Shown here one piece after another: positions 1 through 12,654 of a stretch of DNA of 64,000 nucleotides. The DNA comes from Cyanophora paradoxa CCMP329. Its lineage: Eukaryota > Plantae > Glaucophyta. The notes below the pieces were generated by a model, which was given only the letters and a program-made list of their open reading frames with translations, did no database searches and had not been told where the DNA came from. The stretch spans positions 27,868-91,867 of the forward strand of contig QPMI01000290.1 in assembly GCA_004431415.1 (NCBI GenBank). The letters are read 5' to 3'. Position numbers and translations under genes: made by a program. Each line of letters opens with the position of its first letter. Positions within the stretch are counted from its first letter, which is position 1.

Positions 1-461
1 CCGCGACAGACAGCCGGTCAGAAAAGAAGATGTAGAATGATGCGTGCCCTCTCGCACCTCAGTCTGCATAGAGCCCGAGAGAGCATCGACGGCGAAGGCA
101 GCCTGGGCCGGGATCATGGCGGCGATGGTCGCCATGGCGGCCTCAAGGGCCTTCAGGTTGTCCTTGTGGGACGCCTCAGCCGAGAAGCCGGCCTGGGCAA
201 GGACGGTGGCCTTCACAGCCTCGACCTGGCGCGCAAGGCGGCGGTTAGGCTTTCGACGGCGTGCGATTTGCGCCGAAAACACTGCAATGCCAGATGACAA
301 TCTCGCGCGCCGGCATCGCTGGCAGGAGTGCGAACCTGCTGGCCGAAGAACCGAGCGCGCGACTCCGCAACAGCGCGAACATCCTTGCGCTGGACGGCAG
401 CCGAGGCAATGGCGAACGCCTGACGGGCGGCAACGGCCGGGACGGGGACGATGAACGCCAT
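1..461 (-). CDS. Plastid/thylakoid-targeted protein, N-terminal part (continues off the left edge)
   Basis: Exon 461-336 (MAFIVPVPAVAARQAFAIASAA...FFGQQ), GT-AG intron 335-226 with CTAAC branch, exon 225-58 (...MATIAAMIPAQAAFA^VDALSGSMQTE), next GT donor at 57. MAF start plus a hydrophobic stretch ending in A-x-A fits a bipartite lumen/thylakoid presequence. Mature protein not identifiable. Confidence 0.75.
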
Positions 462-1797
462 TTTGCTCCTAACAAATGAGCCGACGAACGAGTCGACTCG
501 GCGATATCTGGCTTGATGGTCGGCCACACGTACCCGTGGCTTGAGGGGGTACCGGGAGCAGCCGCAACGTCGGCGCCCGGCCGCTCCGACATGCAGCGAC
601 GGCCGGCGCTCTCGAAGCGGACGAGCTGAATATTGGCAGAGGCACCGTACCGAGCGACGGCGAAGAGAGCGCACCGCGCGTCGACGTCGCGCCGTTTCCG
701 AGTTCGTTTCTTGCCACGCATATGGCCATGGCCATGCCATGATGGCCAGTTGACCGTCGGACTCCGGGACCCCGCTAAGCTGCATGCTGAAGCCAGGCCT
801 ACGCACGTGCACACATCAGTAGAGAATTCGAACGTGATATCGAGATGCCGGCATCGAGTACTAGTTCAACGGTTATCGAGAAGCTTAAGCTTAAGGATTG
901 GACTGACCGCGCCGGCGCCGCGCAGCTGCATCATGGTATGCGCAGGCCGGGCGAATGCGAGTGCCCGGCCCCGGGCCCCCGCCACAGCGCTAGCTGCAGT
1001 TAGACGAGAATTCGATTCGAAGACGACATGCACTGCGCAGCTGATCATGGCCATGGTGGACGTCGGCGTCACGTCGCGCGATTATAATTAATTAATTATA
1101 ATATTAGCTGTGTGCACGTGGATGTTGCCATACCAATCCAGCCGAAATTAAAGCGGAGCACAGCGAGTGACTGGCGCGAGACCGGGCACGTAGGAAGTGC
1201 ATTTTAGATGAGCAGAGATGAAAAACATTTTTCGACTCGAACGCTGGGGCAATAAGACGCCGGCCGGGCGCGCTGCTAGCTCGGCTAGCTCGCCGCGAAA
1301 CTGGCCTTTTCCTCGTCCCGTTTGTATGACCATACATCTAGGAAAATCTTGTACCGCGTCCGCGAGAGACTGAGCATCAAATATGCATTTAGAGACGTAC
1401 TAGCTCGTGTTTAGTGCTTCGGTCTCTCGCCAATCGCTCCCCCTAGTTTAATCGAGCCGTACCGAACAGACGCCGCGTGCATGCATTGACCCCGTTTCTT
1501 GCAATTGACCCCGGCCGCGGCCGCAGGCCCCCGGCCCCTCAGGGGCCTACTGCAGCTGCGCTTAGCTTGCGCTGGACGCGCTGGTCCCGGAGTCGACGTC
1601 CAGGTCTGCGACTCGGAGAGGCGTTCTTCGAACTCGGAATTCAGCTCACTCATGCCATGATGATCAGTGACGTCGACTGTCATTTCATCGAATTCCGCCG
1701 GGCCGAAGAAGATGCGGCATCTTCTTTTGCACCTTCCGAAAGTTCGAATTTGCCCAGTATACGTAGAACCGTTGAACAATACTTGAATAGTACCGTA

Positions 1798-3232
1798 GTT
1801 GGGGAAGGGTAAAACACTTCCCCTGTCCCTGTCCCTTGGGCCCAACCCTACCCCAAATCCCATTTCCCCGACCTCCGCAAAACCGGGGCCGCGCGATACA
1901 CTCTGAAAGCGCATCCCCAGGGGACCCCGAAACCATGTCTCCCGGTCCCGTCCGACCAAAGGGTGATCCAGGAACAGGCACCAACACCCGGGACAAAAAT
2001 GGGTCCAGCGACGCACAGGGAGCAGATATACGGGCCAGACCAGTTCGAGGTCGTTGCGCGCATCATGTTCGACATTCCGTACTGCAAGAGCGAGGCCGGG
2101 CGCGAACGCGGTCGCGTGGGAGGACGCCGCGCGCGCTAGCCAATCACATTGGAGAGTGCGTTAACTTACCCTGCAAAAACCTCTTAAAGTACCCCCCCGG
2201 CCGCTTTCTCCCCCGGGCGCCGCAGCTCGGCTCGGCTCAACAATGGTTACGCCTCTCGCGCGCGCGGCAGTTTGCTGTGGCTCAGCGGCTAGCCGCGCCA
2301 GCCGCGCACGCTTCACCCGCGCCAACCGCGCCCCGACGCAATTGCACAAGCCGGCCGCAAGCCGGCCGCACATGCCACTTGCAACAAGCCGACGCCCGCG
2401 CGGCGCGCGCGCCGCGCGACGCAGAGCCCCCGCGCGCGCGCGATGCGCATGCCTGCGCATGCTGCAGCCGGCGCCGCTGATCATGAGCTGGCCCGCTGCG
2501 CCGCTTTCTGAGCGGAACGTGAGCTTGAGCAGCGTCCCCGCGCCCGCGCCCAGATCTCGCGGAGGCCTAGGCCAGCCCCTAGCTATATATAGCTATATAG
2601 CCACGCCGTGACGCACGTGCACCCGCAGCACATGCGCACTCGTGCACCCGCCACGCCTCACGCGCGCGACGGCCGCGGGGCATGCGCAGCCTGGCAGGAG
2701 CGCTAGCTCGAGCACGTCCATGGCCAGACAAGGTTCCCTCCCCGGCCCCTTCCCAAGGCCCGCGCCTTACATAGCTATAGCTAGCTCGCTAGGCCCTGAT
2801 CATGAGGCCTACCTCTAAGAGGACAGCTCGCCTCGATCGCGAGGACAGCCGCTGAGCTCGCCTGGCATGGCCAGCCTCGGCCGGCGCCGGAGCCGGCCCG
2901 GCGGCTCGCCCGGCCACCGCGCGCGCGCCTTCTTAAGCTTAAGCTTAAGTCCCTGCAGCTGCCCTCTGCATCTACATCTTGGATTCGCCGAGGTTAAATG
3001 CCCTTCCCCGGACCCAACTGACGCGCGCGGCAAGTCAGTGGCCCTTTTATACACGGTACACGGTCTCCCGGTACACGTTTCTGGACTCCTAGAGACATGC
3101 ATATGCCTTGCTAGGATCCGGCGAGAAAACCCGGGTTTTGGGAGGTCGGGACATTTCATTTTGGCCTAGGGTGGGCACCCGAACACCCCCAAGTGGGGAA
3201 AGCCTTGAAGGGGAAGGGGGTCCTTCCCCAAC
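1798..3232. mobile_element. Non-autonomous DNA transposon-like element (~1.4 kb) with diverged terminal inverted repeats
   Basis: TA|GTTGGGGAAGG ... CCTTCCCCAAC|TA. Further inverted similarity (CCCTA..CCAAA....T.CCCGACCTCC.CAAAACC.GGG) over about 100 bp. The right end recurs at 49726-49880. No transposase ORF recognised inside. Confidence 0.6.
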
Positions 3233-3621
3233 TATACTATGATAGAATTCGATTTTTAATTCTAGGTGCCTCAGGGCTCCGGATCGTTCCGCCGCGGCGC
3301 CTTTTCTTCACGCCGATCCTAACTTAGTAGTAGTAAAATATGGGTCTGCCCTGCCTTCCTAAGCCTGCCCACGCCCGGCCCGTGAGACGGCAGCGGCCCG
3401 CCTCGGCGCCTTCATGTCTTCACTCCGTGTGGACGTTTCGTGAAAACGCATTCCGGTGATTCAGTCGTTTCCTGGAGAAGAGTGCAAGCTCGAGAGTGAC
3501 CAGAAGGGGAAGGTCGAAGACAGGAAGCTAGGGTGCAGGACATGGGAAGTGGTGGACGGGACGATCGCGAGAGAGGAGCTGGAGGGGGTGGGCGGGTGCG
3601 GGTCCGCGGGGAGCGCCCCGA

Positions 3622-6600
3622 CTACCTGGGTTGCCTGGGCTTCTTTGGATTCGGGGGTGGCGCTGGGAGGGCGCTGCCCTCGTCGCCGTCGAGGTCAATG
3701 ACACTCTGCGCTGCCGCCTGCCGGCCCCGCCCGCCGGCCTTCGGCTCGCCCCGCTTCGCAGCCTCCTCGCTGTGTTCCGCCGCGCGGTTCGGCCGCGCCT
3801 GCCCCTCGGCGGGCTTGCCGCCGCGGTCCTGCTCCGGGTGGCGGCTTGCGAAGTGGTTCTGCTCGTCGTACTCGCTCGCCTTGGGGCCCTCGTCGCCGCT
3901 GCTGAGGTCGTCCACTCTCTTGGCCGCCTCCTCCGCCCCCTCGCACTTGCGCTTCCGCGACGCCGCCCCCGCTGGGCGCGTGATGTGCGAGTCCATCGTT
4001 GACTGCCGCGGGTCCGCCGCCCCCTGCCGCCCGCCGCTCGAGCCCAGGGCACCCTTGCCGTTCGCCTTGCCGCCGCGTCGAGATGCGTCGCTCGGGGCGC
4101 GAGCGGCGGGGGCTGCCCGCGGCGCCGCCTCCCGCCCGGGCTCCTGCTGCCGCTCCCGCTTCCCCCGCGGCCAGCGCTCCGCGCCCGGCTCCGCAGACGA
4201 GGCGTCGGCTGGGCGGGGCCGCTTGGAGGGCCCAGCGCCGCCCCGCGAGGTGCCGCCGCCCCGCCCTCGTCCTGCCCGTCGTCGTCGGAGAGGGAAATTG
4301 TCTCCTTTTTGCCGGGCCCCGCTGCGGCGCCCGCCGGGACGAGCCCGAGCTGCTCCCGTCCTCGTCGTCCGCGGCCTGCCCGCCCCCGCCCGCGCGCCCC
4401 GCGGCTGCCGGCGGTGCGGCCGGCGGCGGCGGCGCGGCGGCCTCCGCGTCGCCGCTCTCTTGGCTGGCGGACCCCGACTTGCGGTACTTGCGGAGCCTGT
4501 GCGCCCCCTTCGGCAGCCGGGGGGATGCTGCGGCCTCGCCGGAGCTATCCCCCGTGCCCTCGGCCCTCGCCGCCTGCTCCTCCTTCCCCGCATGCGCCTC
4601 CGCCGGTGGCGGTGCCGCCTTGGCCGCCCCGGCGCCCCGCCGGCCCCGCGCCGGCTGCATCTCCGACTGGGCTTCCGCTTTGTGCGGCGCGGCGCTGGGG
4701 CCGGCGGCGCTCTCGTCGCAGCTGGCGGACGGGCTGATGGCCACGACGACCTCGTCGCTCTCCACGGCTGCCGCCTGACCCGACGCGGCTTCCAGCTCCG
4801 CCGCGTCGCGCCCCGCCGCCTCCTCCCCCTCCTCGTCCCGCCGGCGCCCCTTCTTTCTCACGCGCCGACTTGGTTGGGCGGCCGTCTCCTCCTCGTCGAC
4901 CGACGGGGGCACCTCGCCGCTCTCCTCGCCCGCCCCCGCCCCCGCCTCCGGGCCCGCCCCCGCGCCCGCCTCCGCGCCCGCCTCCGCCTCGCTGCCCTCC
5001 TCCTCCCCCGCATCCTCCTTGGCGGCAGCCTGCTAGGCGTCAGCTCTCTCTTCCACCAAGACGGCTCGAGGGGCGCACGGGGTTGCTCGGGAGCCAGTCG
5101 GGTATCGGCGGTGGCTGTTGCTTCAGCGACTGCCTTCCCCTCAGATTGGCCGGGAAGAGTATGGGGCGGCGCCTGCTCGGCGGCCCAGCCGACGAGATCC
5201 GGCTCTCCTGCAATGCTGGCACGAGCTCCTCGGTGACTTCGTCCTCCTTCTCGTCCGCGCCCAGCTGCGCCCCGGCAGGGGCGGCGGGCGGCGCCTCCGG
5301 GGCCTCCTCGCCGTCGCTGGCCTCGTCGGGGCGCAGGTCGTCGGGCGGGTGCGGGCCCTCCGGGGGGGGCGCCGCCCCCGCCGCCCCCTTCCCGGCCTCC
5401 CGCTCCACGTTCGCCGCGCCCTCGCCCCGCACCCCGCGCTCCGCCGTCCGCGCCGGCGCTTTCGAGAATGTCGGCGTCTCTAGGACATCGTCGTCGTCGT
5501 CCTCCGGCGACGCCTCCCCGGCCGAACCCGTCTCGAAGCCCTTCAATTTGATCTCCTCCTCCTCCTCCTCCTCGCCCTCCTCCTTCTCCTCACCCGCCAT
5601 CCGCTTCGAGAGCGGCGCCGTGGCGAAGCGGCCGCCCTTGGCGCCCTCGCCCGATTCGCCGTCGGAGCTCAGGTTGACGGTGCTGTCGTCCGCCCCTGCC
5701 GCACCCCGCGACTCGCCGGCGGCACTCCGCCGGGCCGCTCGCTCCGCCCGCCCGTTGACCTGCTCTTCCTTCTTCCTCTTCTTTGACAGGTGCCCGAACT
5801 TCTGTGCCGCCTTGTTCTCCGTCGTGACGCGCCCCGCCGGGCCCGCACCCTCGTCCCCGCTCCCCGCAGCCGCGCCCTCGCCGCCGGCCGCCCCGGCTCC
5901 GGGGCGCGATGGTGGCGCGGAGGGCTCGGGGCTGGCGTCGGCGTCGGCGGAGACGTCGATGAGGGAGGGGTCGGGGTGGAGGCTCTTGAACTCGTCGTCC
6001 ACGTACTTGGCCGGCTCCGTCACCTCCAGCTCCAGCCGTGCCGTCTCCTCAGCGCCCACCTGCACCGCCCCCGCCCTCACGCCTGTCCCGCCCCGACTCG
6101 CGCGCGCCGGCTCCGCACCAGCTTCACAATGAGCGCCTGGATCGCCGACCGCTTGCGCATGATGTCTTCCACCGTGAACCAGTCCTCCTTCTGCGGCGCC
6201 GCGGGCGTGAGAAGGGAAGGGGGGGGGGGGGGGGGGGGGGGGGGGAGGACGCGCCCTGAGGGCGAGGGTGCCGTTCTTGCCGCGGAGGGTGGGGACGAGG
6301 GGCTCCTGGAGGAAGCGCTCGATGTACTCGAGGACGAAGACGCCGCAGTCCGTGAAGTTGTCCTGCTTCGGCACCTGCCCCGCCCGCCTCACGCCCCGCC
6401 CCCCGCTGCCGCTCCCCGGCACGCCCCGCGCGCACCTCGGCCTTGATCTTGGCGAAGAAGGGCCCCGGGCGCCGACCCGTGGCAGACGGCGCCGACGCGG
6501 CGGGCCCCGAGGCAGAAGCATCAGCCGTGCCCGCGGGGGCGGCGTCGGGAACGTCCGAGGCCGCTTCGGAAGCTGGCGGCGCGGGGCCGGCTGGCACGTC

Positions 6601-9600
6601 CGGGGCCGCGGGGCCGGGCGGAGCAGGGGGAGCCTCGAGGGGATTCGGGACCGGCGAGGCCCGGAATCGGTCCTTGTCTTGCCACGCCTTCCTCAGGTAC
6701 CTGGGGCGGATTGTCGGGGCTGGAGGGCGGCGGGGCTGGCGAGCGGGGGAGCAGGGCGGGCGGGGCGGGCACCCTTCGATCATGGTCTGGGCCGCCTGGT
6801 TGGGGGTCCCCATCGAGCACAGGTACATGATGCAGGCGCGGTCGGCGGCGTCGAGCTGCCGCCCGTCCTTCGCGAAGGCCCTCCCCGGGTGGCACACAAT
6901 CGCCAGCGCCCAGTGCACGCTGCGGGGCCCTCAGCCGCCGCCCCGGCGCGGCACCGCCGGCGGCCGGCGCGCCTCTCGTGGACGGGGATGAAGAGGTAGT
7001 CGAAAGAGAAGATATCGGCCTTGCGCGTCCACTTCCGCACCGCCTCGTAGTTCCCCTGCGCGCCCCCGCCCTGCCCCGCGCTCAGCCTCCTGCTGGTGGC
7101 CGAGGCCGGGCGGGGCGGGGACCTGGCTGAGGCGCTTGTAGAAGAAGGCGTTGAAGAAGTGGAAGCGCAGGGGCCGCTCGCCACGGTCTGCCCGTTCCCG
7201 GTCCATCCGCGGCAGCACCTCCACTTCGATGTACCTGCCGCGCCGCGTCAGGCGGCCGCCGGTCAGCGGGGCGGCTGGAGGGGCGCGGCGGGCGGGCGGG
7301 CGCGCTTGAGGTAGAAGTCGATGACGTTGTCGTTGAGCATCTCGCACGGCTTCAGCAGGTTGAAGTCCTTCTTCGTCAGCGCCTGCCCCCGCCCCGTCTC
7401 TGCCAGCCCCGCGCCCCAAGCGCCCAGCGGGGCGCGTACCACGGCCCCCTTCTGCCCGGGCGGGTACAGCAGGATCTGGACCATGTCCGGTTCCGAGGGC
7501 GACGCGGCGCGCCTGGAGAGCGGGGTCGGCGCGCGTCAGCGGCGCGGGCGGGGGCGCGTGCGGGGCGGGGCGGACTTGGAACCCGCGTTCGAGGGGCCCG
7601 CGCTGGGTGCCGGCTCGGTGTATCGCGCCCGGTCCTCGTCCCTGCGACGCGTCACGCGCGCCGGAGCGCCGTCCGCGCGCAAACTGACCTCAGGCTCTCA
7701 GATTTGCCGAGTGTACGCTCGATGGACTGGTCGGAGCAAAGCTCTTCTATCATTCGCTTGACAGTCGGATGCATGTCCCAGGGGAAGATGAGAACAATGC
7801 AGTTCTTCTCAATCTCTGCGACAGCGCGATGACGCGTAGAAACGGACCGCAAGTCGACCAAGCTCACCCTTTGAATCGAAATCGTAGTACGGCACAAACT
7901 GCTGCTCGCCACAAGACGCCTGCGCTCCCGCGTCAGCGAGGCAAGCAGCGGGCACAGGGACCGCAGGGGCGCGCCGCGCTGTCGACGCTGATCATATCCC
8001 GGATGGCACGAATGACGATGAACAGGTGCGGCGCCGTCTCGTATACCTGGGGCGCCCTTCGGACAAGCGCAGACAGATTCCTAGAGATTGTCAGGTGTCG
8101 GACCTGGATGTAGGATATTGCGTTGAAGGGGATCTTGACCTTGTCGGTGCCGTGCTTGCTGCACGAGCGGCGGTGAGCGCAGGCGGGAGGGCGGGCCGGC
8201 GTGCCGCACTTGCTGGGGACGGGGATGTTGAGCTCGATGTCCTGCGACACGCCGCCGTTGACGCGCACTTCGAACGGGCGGTCCACCCACCAGGTCCCGA
8301 TGCGGCCCAGCGTCGGCCGAAAGCGCGGCATGTCCCCGAACTGGCGGGCCGGCCGCGTCAGCCGCCGCGGCCCCGCGCCCGCCGCTCGTCGCACCTTGGC
8401 GGGGGAGGCCTGGAGGAGGGGCGCTGGGGCGGGCTTGGAGCTCGCGGCGGGCGCCTTCTCCTCGTCCGACTCCAAATCCACCACGTCGGGCGTCTTCGCA
8501 GCCGGCAGGGCCCGGCCCCCCGTCGTCGACCGCCCCCCGCGCCCCCGCCCCCCCCGACCCGCGCCCCCAGCAGCGCCCCCGCGCTTCGGCGCTGCCGCTC
8601 CCTGCTCCTGCGCTGCCTGAACGGCCGACGCAAACAGCACCCTTGGGGCCTGGGTCGACTGCCGAGGCGGCGCGCCCTGGCTTCGTGAGGCTTCTGGGCC
8701 GTTCGCTGCTCGGGGGCCGTTCACTGCTTGAGAGGCTGATGCGCCTGCCGAGCTGCTCGAGGAGAAGTTCCAACGCGGCCTGTCGTCTTGCTGGGGCGGC
8801 GCCTGCTGAACCGGCGGCGGTGCCTGCTGGGGGGCCGCCTGCTGACCTGTATCGGATGTTTGACTCTGCCTGCGGCGAGCAGCCCAATACTCCTTCTCAT
8901 CGTCTAATGTGTGCTTGCTTTTCCCTTCACCTTGTGGTGGCTGCTGGCGGCCGGCGCGCTGGCTTGTTCCGGAGGCAGGCTGTAGGTGAAGGGTTGTTCG
9001 AATTTTTTGCGATTGTTGGGTGCTGGAGACTGGCGGTGGGATGCGCTGTGGTTGTGGAAGATTCGGACCTGTCCCGCGCAGCGCCTGCAGAACGTTAGGC
9101 CGGTGGACTCCGCCGCCCCGCAGCGCAGAGGGCGCACCGGCTTTGCGCCGACGAGAAGTTGCGTCAACTTATCAGCAGCTTGCGGCGGACGACCCGGTGC
9201 CGATGACGGTCTTGCTTGTGCAGTCGACCCGGATGAAGTGTGCCCTGTTGAAATCTTCGTTGTTGAACCAAACATCCCTCCGCTCGAGTCTGCCCCGCAG
9301 TCAGCAACCGGGAGATTTGATGGCGAGGAAAATCGGATACCGCGAGGGGCGGCGTGCGGAGGCCCTCCGGCGCTTGACGCGACGCGCTGACCAGGGCCGC
9401 GGTGCGCGTCGAAAGTACTCCGTTGCTTTGATTGTGCATGATCGGGTTCCTGCGCTGAATTCACGAGCGAACGAGCCCCGACGCCTACAAGTGTGTGCGG
9501 ACGGCAAACTCGTATTCAGATGGCGACTCCTTGAAGACTGACTTGTAATCCCGCTGCGCCAACAGAGCCGAGCCGCGTCGCATATCCTCTTGCACTCTGC

Positions 9601-9861
9601 TGGTCTCTTGAGCCCTGGACGTAGCTGCCCCACGTCCCCCCGAAGGCTGCGGAGCACGCTGCTTGAGCACGGTGCAGTGCACATGTGAGCACCGCCGCAT
9701 CGCACCTCGGGGAGTAACTCCACTACGTCCTCTTCCACGGTCGCCTGCGGCTGGTCGTCTCCCTGCGCGAGCGGTCAGCGGAGGAGCGGATGGTGCCACG
9801 CACAGACACGTACATCGCCTGTTTTGGCACTCCTGCGTTTCGTATCGCGCTCCTTTCCCAT
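3622..9861 (-). CDS. ULP2/SENP6-like SUMO protease (peptidase C48), multi-exon, long low-complexity termini with SIM-like motifs
   Basis: Spliced motifs LKPCEMLNDNVIDFYLK, FHFFNAFFYKRL, VRKWTRKADIFSFDYLFIPVHE, HWALAIVCHPG, VPKQDNFTDCGVFVLEYIERF. SIM-like VVDLESDEE, TVNLSSDGE, VIDLDGDE. Start (MGKERD..., 9861) and the C-terminal frame are tentative. Confidence 0.9.
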
Positions 9862-10533
9862 GGCTGCCTGCACGAGCGCGGCGAACGCCGGTCAGCGACG
9901 GCTCTGGGCGCCTGCTCCGGCGCAGCTTACTTCGAACCGGATCTCAGCGTGCTTGAGCGGCTGCGGTCCGCTGCAGCGTTGTTGGTGCGATCGGCACCTC
10001 AGGCCATCAATTCAAACGAACGCGCCGCTGCCACTACTGCCGCGTGCTGCGTCTGCCGCACCGCTCTTCTTGTGCCACCTCTGCGTCCCTGCGCTCGCGC
10101 TTGCCAGCGCGTCTGAGAAAGCCGGGGATTTTGTACCCCGCTCGAAGTGGCCCCCCTTGCTGGTTGGGCTCTGCCCTGTTTCTGGCCTCGATGGTTGAGG
10201 CGATCTCAGCTACCTAGGCGTAGCTGGACGCAACTTCGGGCCGACCCCGATCGCAGCCCGAGTCGCCGAGATGCATCGGTCCCGCGCGTCGGGCTCGGGA
10301 TCCTCTCGCCCGTCCGCGAAGCACAGTTCGGGTGCACAGAAGCCGTCGGTGCGTCCATTTTGACATGCGATCTATCCTGCGGGCTGCTCATCAATGCCTC
10401 TATACCAATCCAGGCGACAATTCCTGCAAGCGGCCACCGGTCGGAAACGCAGCCATCTTCTGTAGTATCACAAGCTTCAGCCTTGCCGCTGGCGCCGGTC
10501 CCCGCAGCCAGATTCGGCAACGAAGGGGGAGAA

Positions 10534-12591
10534 ATGCTGGTGTGCTGCACGAGCGTGGTGAGAACAACGAGTTCCGACGATCGGCCCGACGATGAAGATG
10601 ATAACGACGTGGAAGATCTCGTCGCGGAGGAGGCGGAAGTTGAGGAAAGGTCGCTCGCTGGGTCAACGCGCAGCGCGGGCACGATGCAGCAGTCGCCAGA
10701 ACACTCAAAGGGCCGGCTCTCAGCGGGAACGGGCAGGAGGCGCGGTCGGCCGGCCACCAAAGTCCGCTCCGACCAGCCCCCGCGGCCTCAGAGTGAGCCA
10801 CGCACTTTGAAGCACTCGACGGTAATCTCACGTGCACGCGGCGCTCGCGCCGCAGATGCGTTCATCCTATTCAGCAACAAACGCCGTCCTGAGCTGCGCA
10901 TGCAGTATCCGGATAAGCGCAACATCGAGCTCTCGGTCATGCTCGGCGACGAGTGGTCCGCCCGCCGTCCGGGGGCGCTCAAGGCACGGCGTGCTGACGG
11001 CGAGACGGCCGACGCAGGAAGCAGCTCACGGAGGCAGGGCGGCAACAGTACCGAACGGAGGCGGGCCGCATCCGGGAGGACTTCAAGCAGAAGAACCCAG
11101 GTGCCGCCGCCGCGGGGCGCGGCGCGCGGGGCGGGCGAACGCTGACTTCTGGGCAGACTTCAAGTATTTCCGAAACCCGCGGCTGCCGCGCCCGATCGGA
11201 GTCGTCGTCCAGCGGGGCGCCCCCGAGGGCCCCGACTCGATGCTCGCTCCGCTCGACGCCCCCCAGCAGCCCGGGGCACCGCCCCACGGAGGCCTTCCCC
11301 ACGGCGGCCCACCCTCCTCCAGCGCTTTCTCGCCGCCCCGCGGCCCATCGCACCACAGCGGGATGCCGCAGCCCCTGCGCGGAGCCGTCCCCGTAGCCCA
11401 GGCGGCCCTTGGCCTTGCGCAGGGCGGGGCCTCGCAGCAGCAGCATACCCAGCAGCAACAGCAACAGCAGCAGCAGCAGCAGCAGCAGATGCAGACGCAG
11501 CAGCAGACGCAGCAGCAGACGCAGCAGCAGACGCAGCAGCAGCAACCGCCGCCGCAGCAGCCTCCGCCGCCGCAACAGCAGCAGCAGCAGACGCTGACGC
11601 AGCAGCCGCTGCCGCAGCAGCAGCAGCAGCAGGTGGGGGTGGGGGTGGGGGCGGGGGCGGGGGCTGGACTTGGGCCGTTGTCGGAGCGGGACGCGCGGGA
11701 CGCGAAGAGGGCGGCGGAGGCGAACCCCTTCGACCCGCCCGACAAGCGGCCCCGCATCCCCGCCTTCCTCACCCAGCGCGCCGCCCTCGACGGGCCTCAG
11801 GGCGCCTCCTCCTCCCTCTCCCCCGCCTCCTCCTCCTCCTACCCGCAGGGCCAGCAGCCGTACGCGCCCCTCCTGGGCCAGGCGCGGCCGATGGAGGGCC
11901 CGGGCTCTGTGGCGGCCGCCTATCCCCACATACCCAACCCGTTCGATCCGCCGTCGTGGTCCGGCCCTGCCGGGTCGGCCGGGGAGAGCCGTGGCGGGGG
12001 CCAGCCCAGCGGGCCAGGGTCCCAATCGAGCTCCGCCTCCTACGGGCATGCGCAGCAACCGCGCGCTTCGTCCGCCCAGACCTCACCACAGGCGCCTGAG
12101 CCCTTCTCTTTCTCGCCGGATTCCTCAAGCGCGTGCTGATCCCTGCACAGGGTTACCCAATCCAGCCGGGCGGGCAGGCCCCGCCGCCGCTGTCACTGCT
12201 GGTCCCTTCGATTTTAAACGCACCCGAGCCGTATAGAGGGGCAAACTCCCATGGAGCGGAGAGAGGGCCGACGCCGCCTCCCCTGCGGCCGCCCCAGTTG
12301 CAGCAGCCGCAACAGCAGAGCCAGCAGACGAGCTACCCGCAACTCCAGCTGCAACAGCAGCAGCTTCTGACGCTGCCGTTCCCGGGCTCGGCGCAGTCCC
12401 TCCCTCTGCTGTCGGGGCAGGGCTCGCAGGGGCCGTTTGGGCCGCACCCTGCGCCCCAGCAGGCCCCGCAGCAGCAGCCTTCGACGCATGCCGCGGGGCA
12501 CTTGAAGTACGACTCGCCGTCGCAGTTCCAGCCGGCAAACGCACCACAGCCCCAGGCATTCCAGCAACAGCCGCCCGCACCTCAGTCGCAT

Positions 12592-12654
<63 letters not shown>

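Noticed and set aside
1411-2016. 201-aa minus-strand ORF as a transposase
   Set aside because: It straddles the TIR boundary and shows no DDE or HTH motif that I can support.
3533-6132. Long plus-strand ORFs (567 aa, 420 aa) and the many Arg/Pro/Gly-rich ORFs throughout
   Set aside because: They are shadow ORFs produced by extreme GC content, opposite to or out of frame with real spliced genes.
6219-6245. Long G/C homopolymers (also ~24590, 25870, 31522, 48000, 62950) as functional G-quadruplex elements
   Set aside because: They lie in GC-saturated introns or intergenic DNA, their lengths are unreliable in this assembly, and there is no independent evidence of function.
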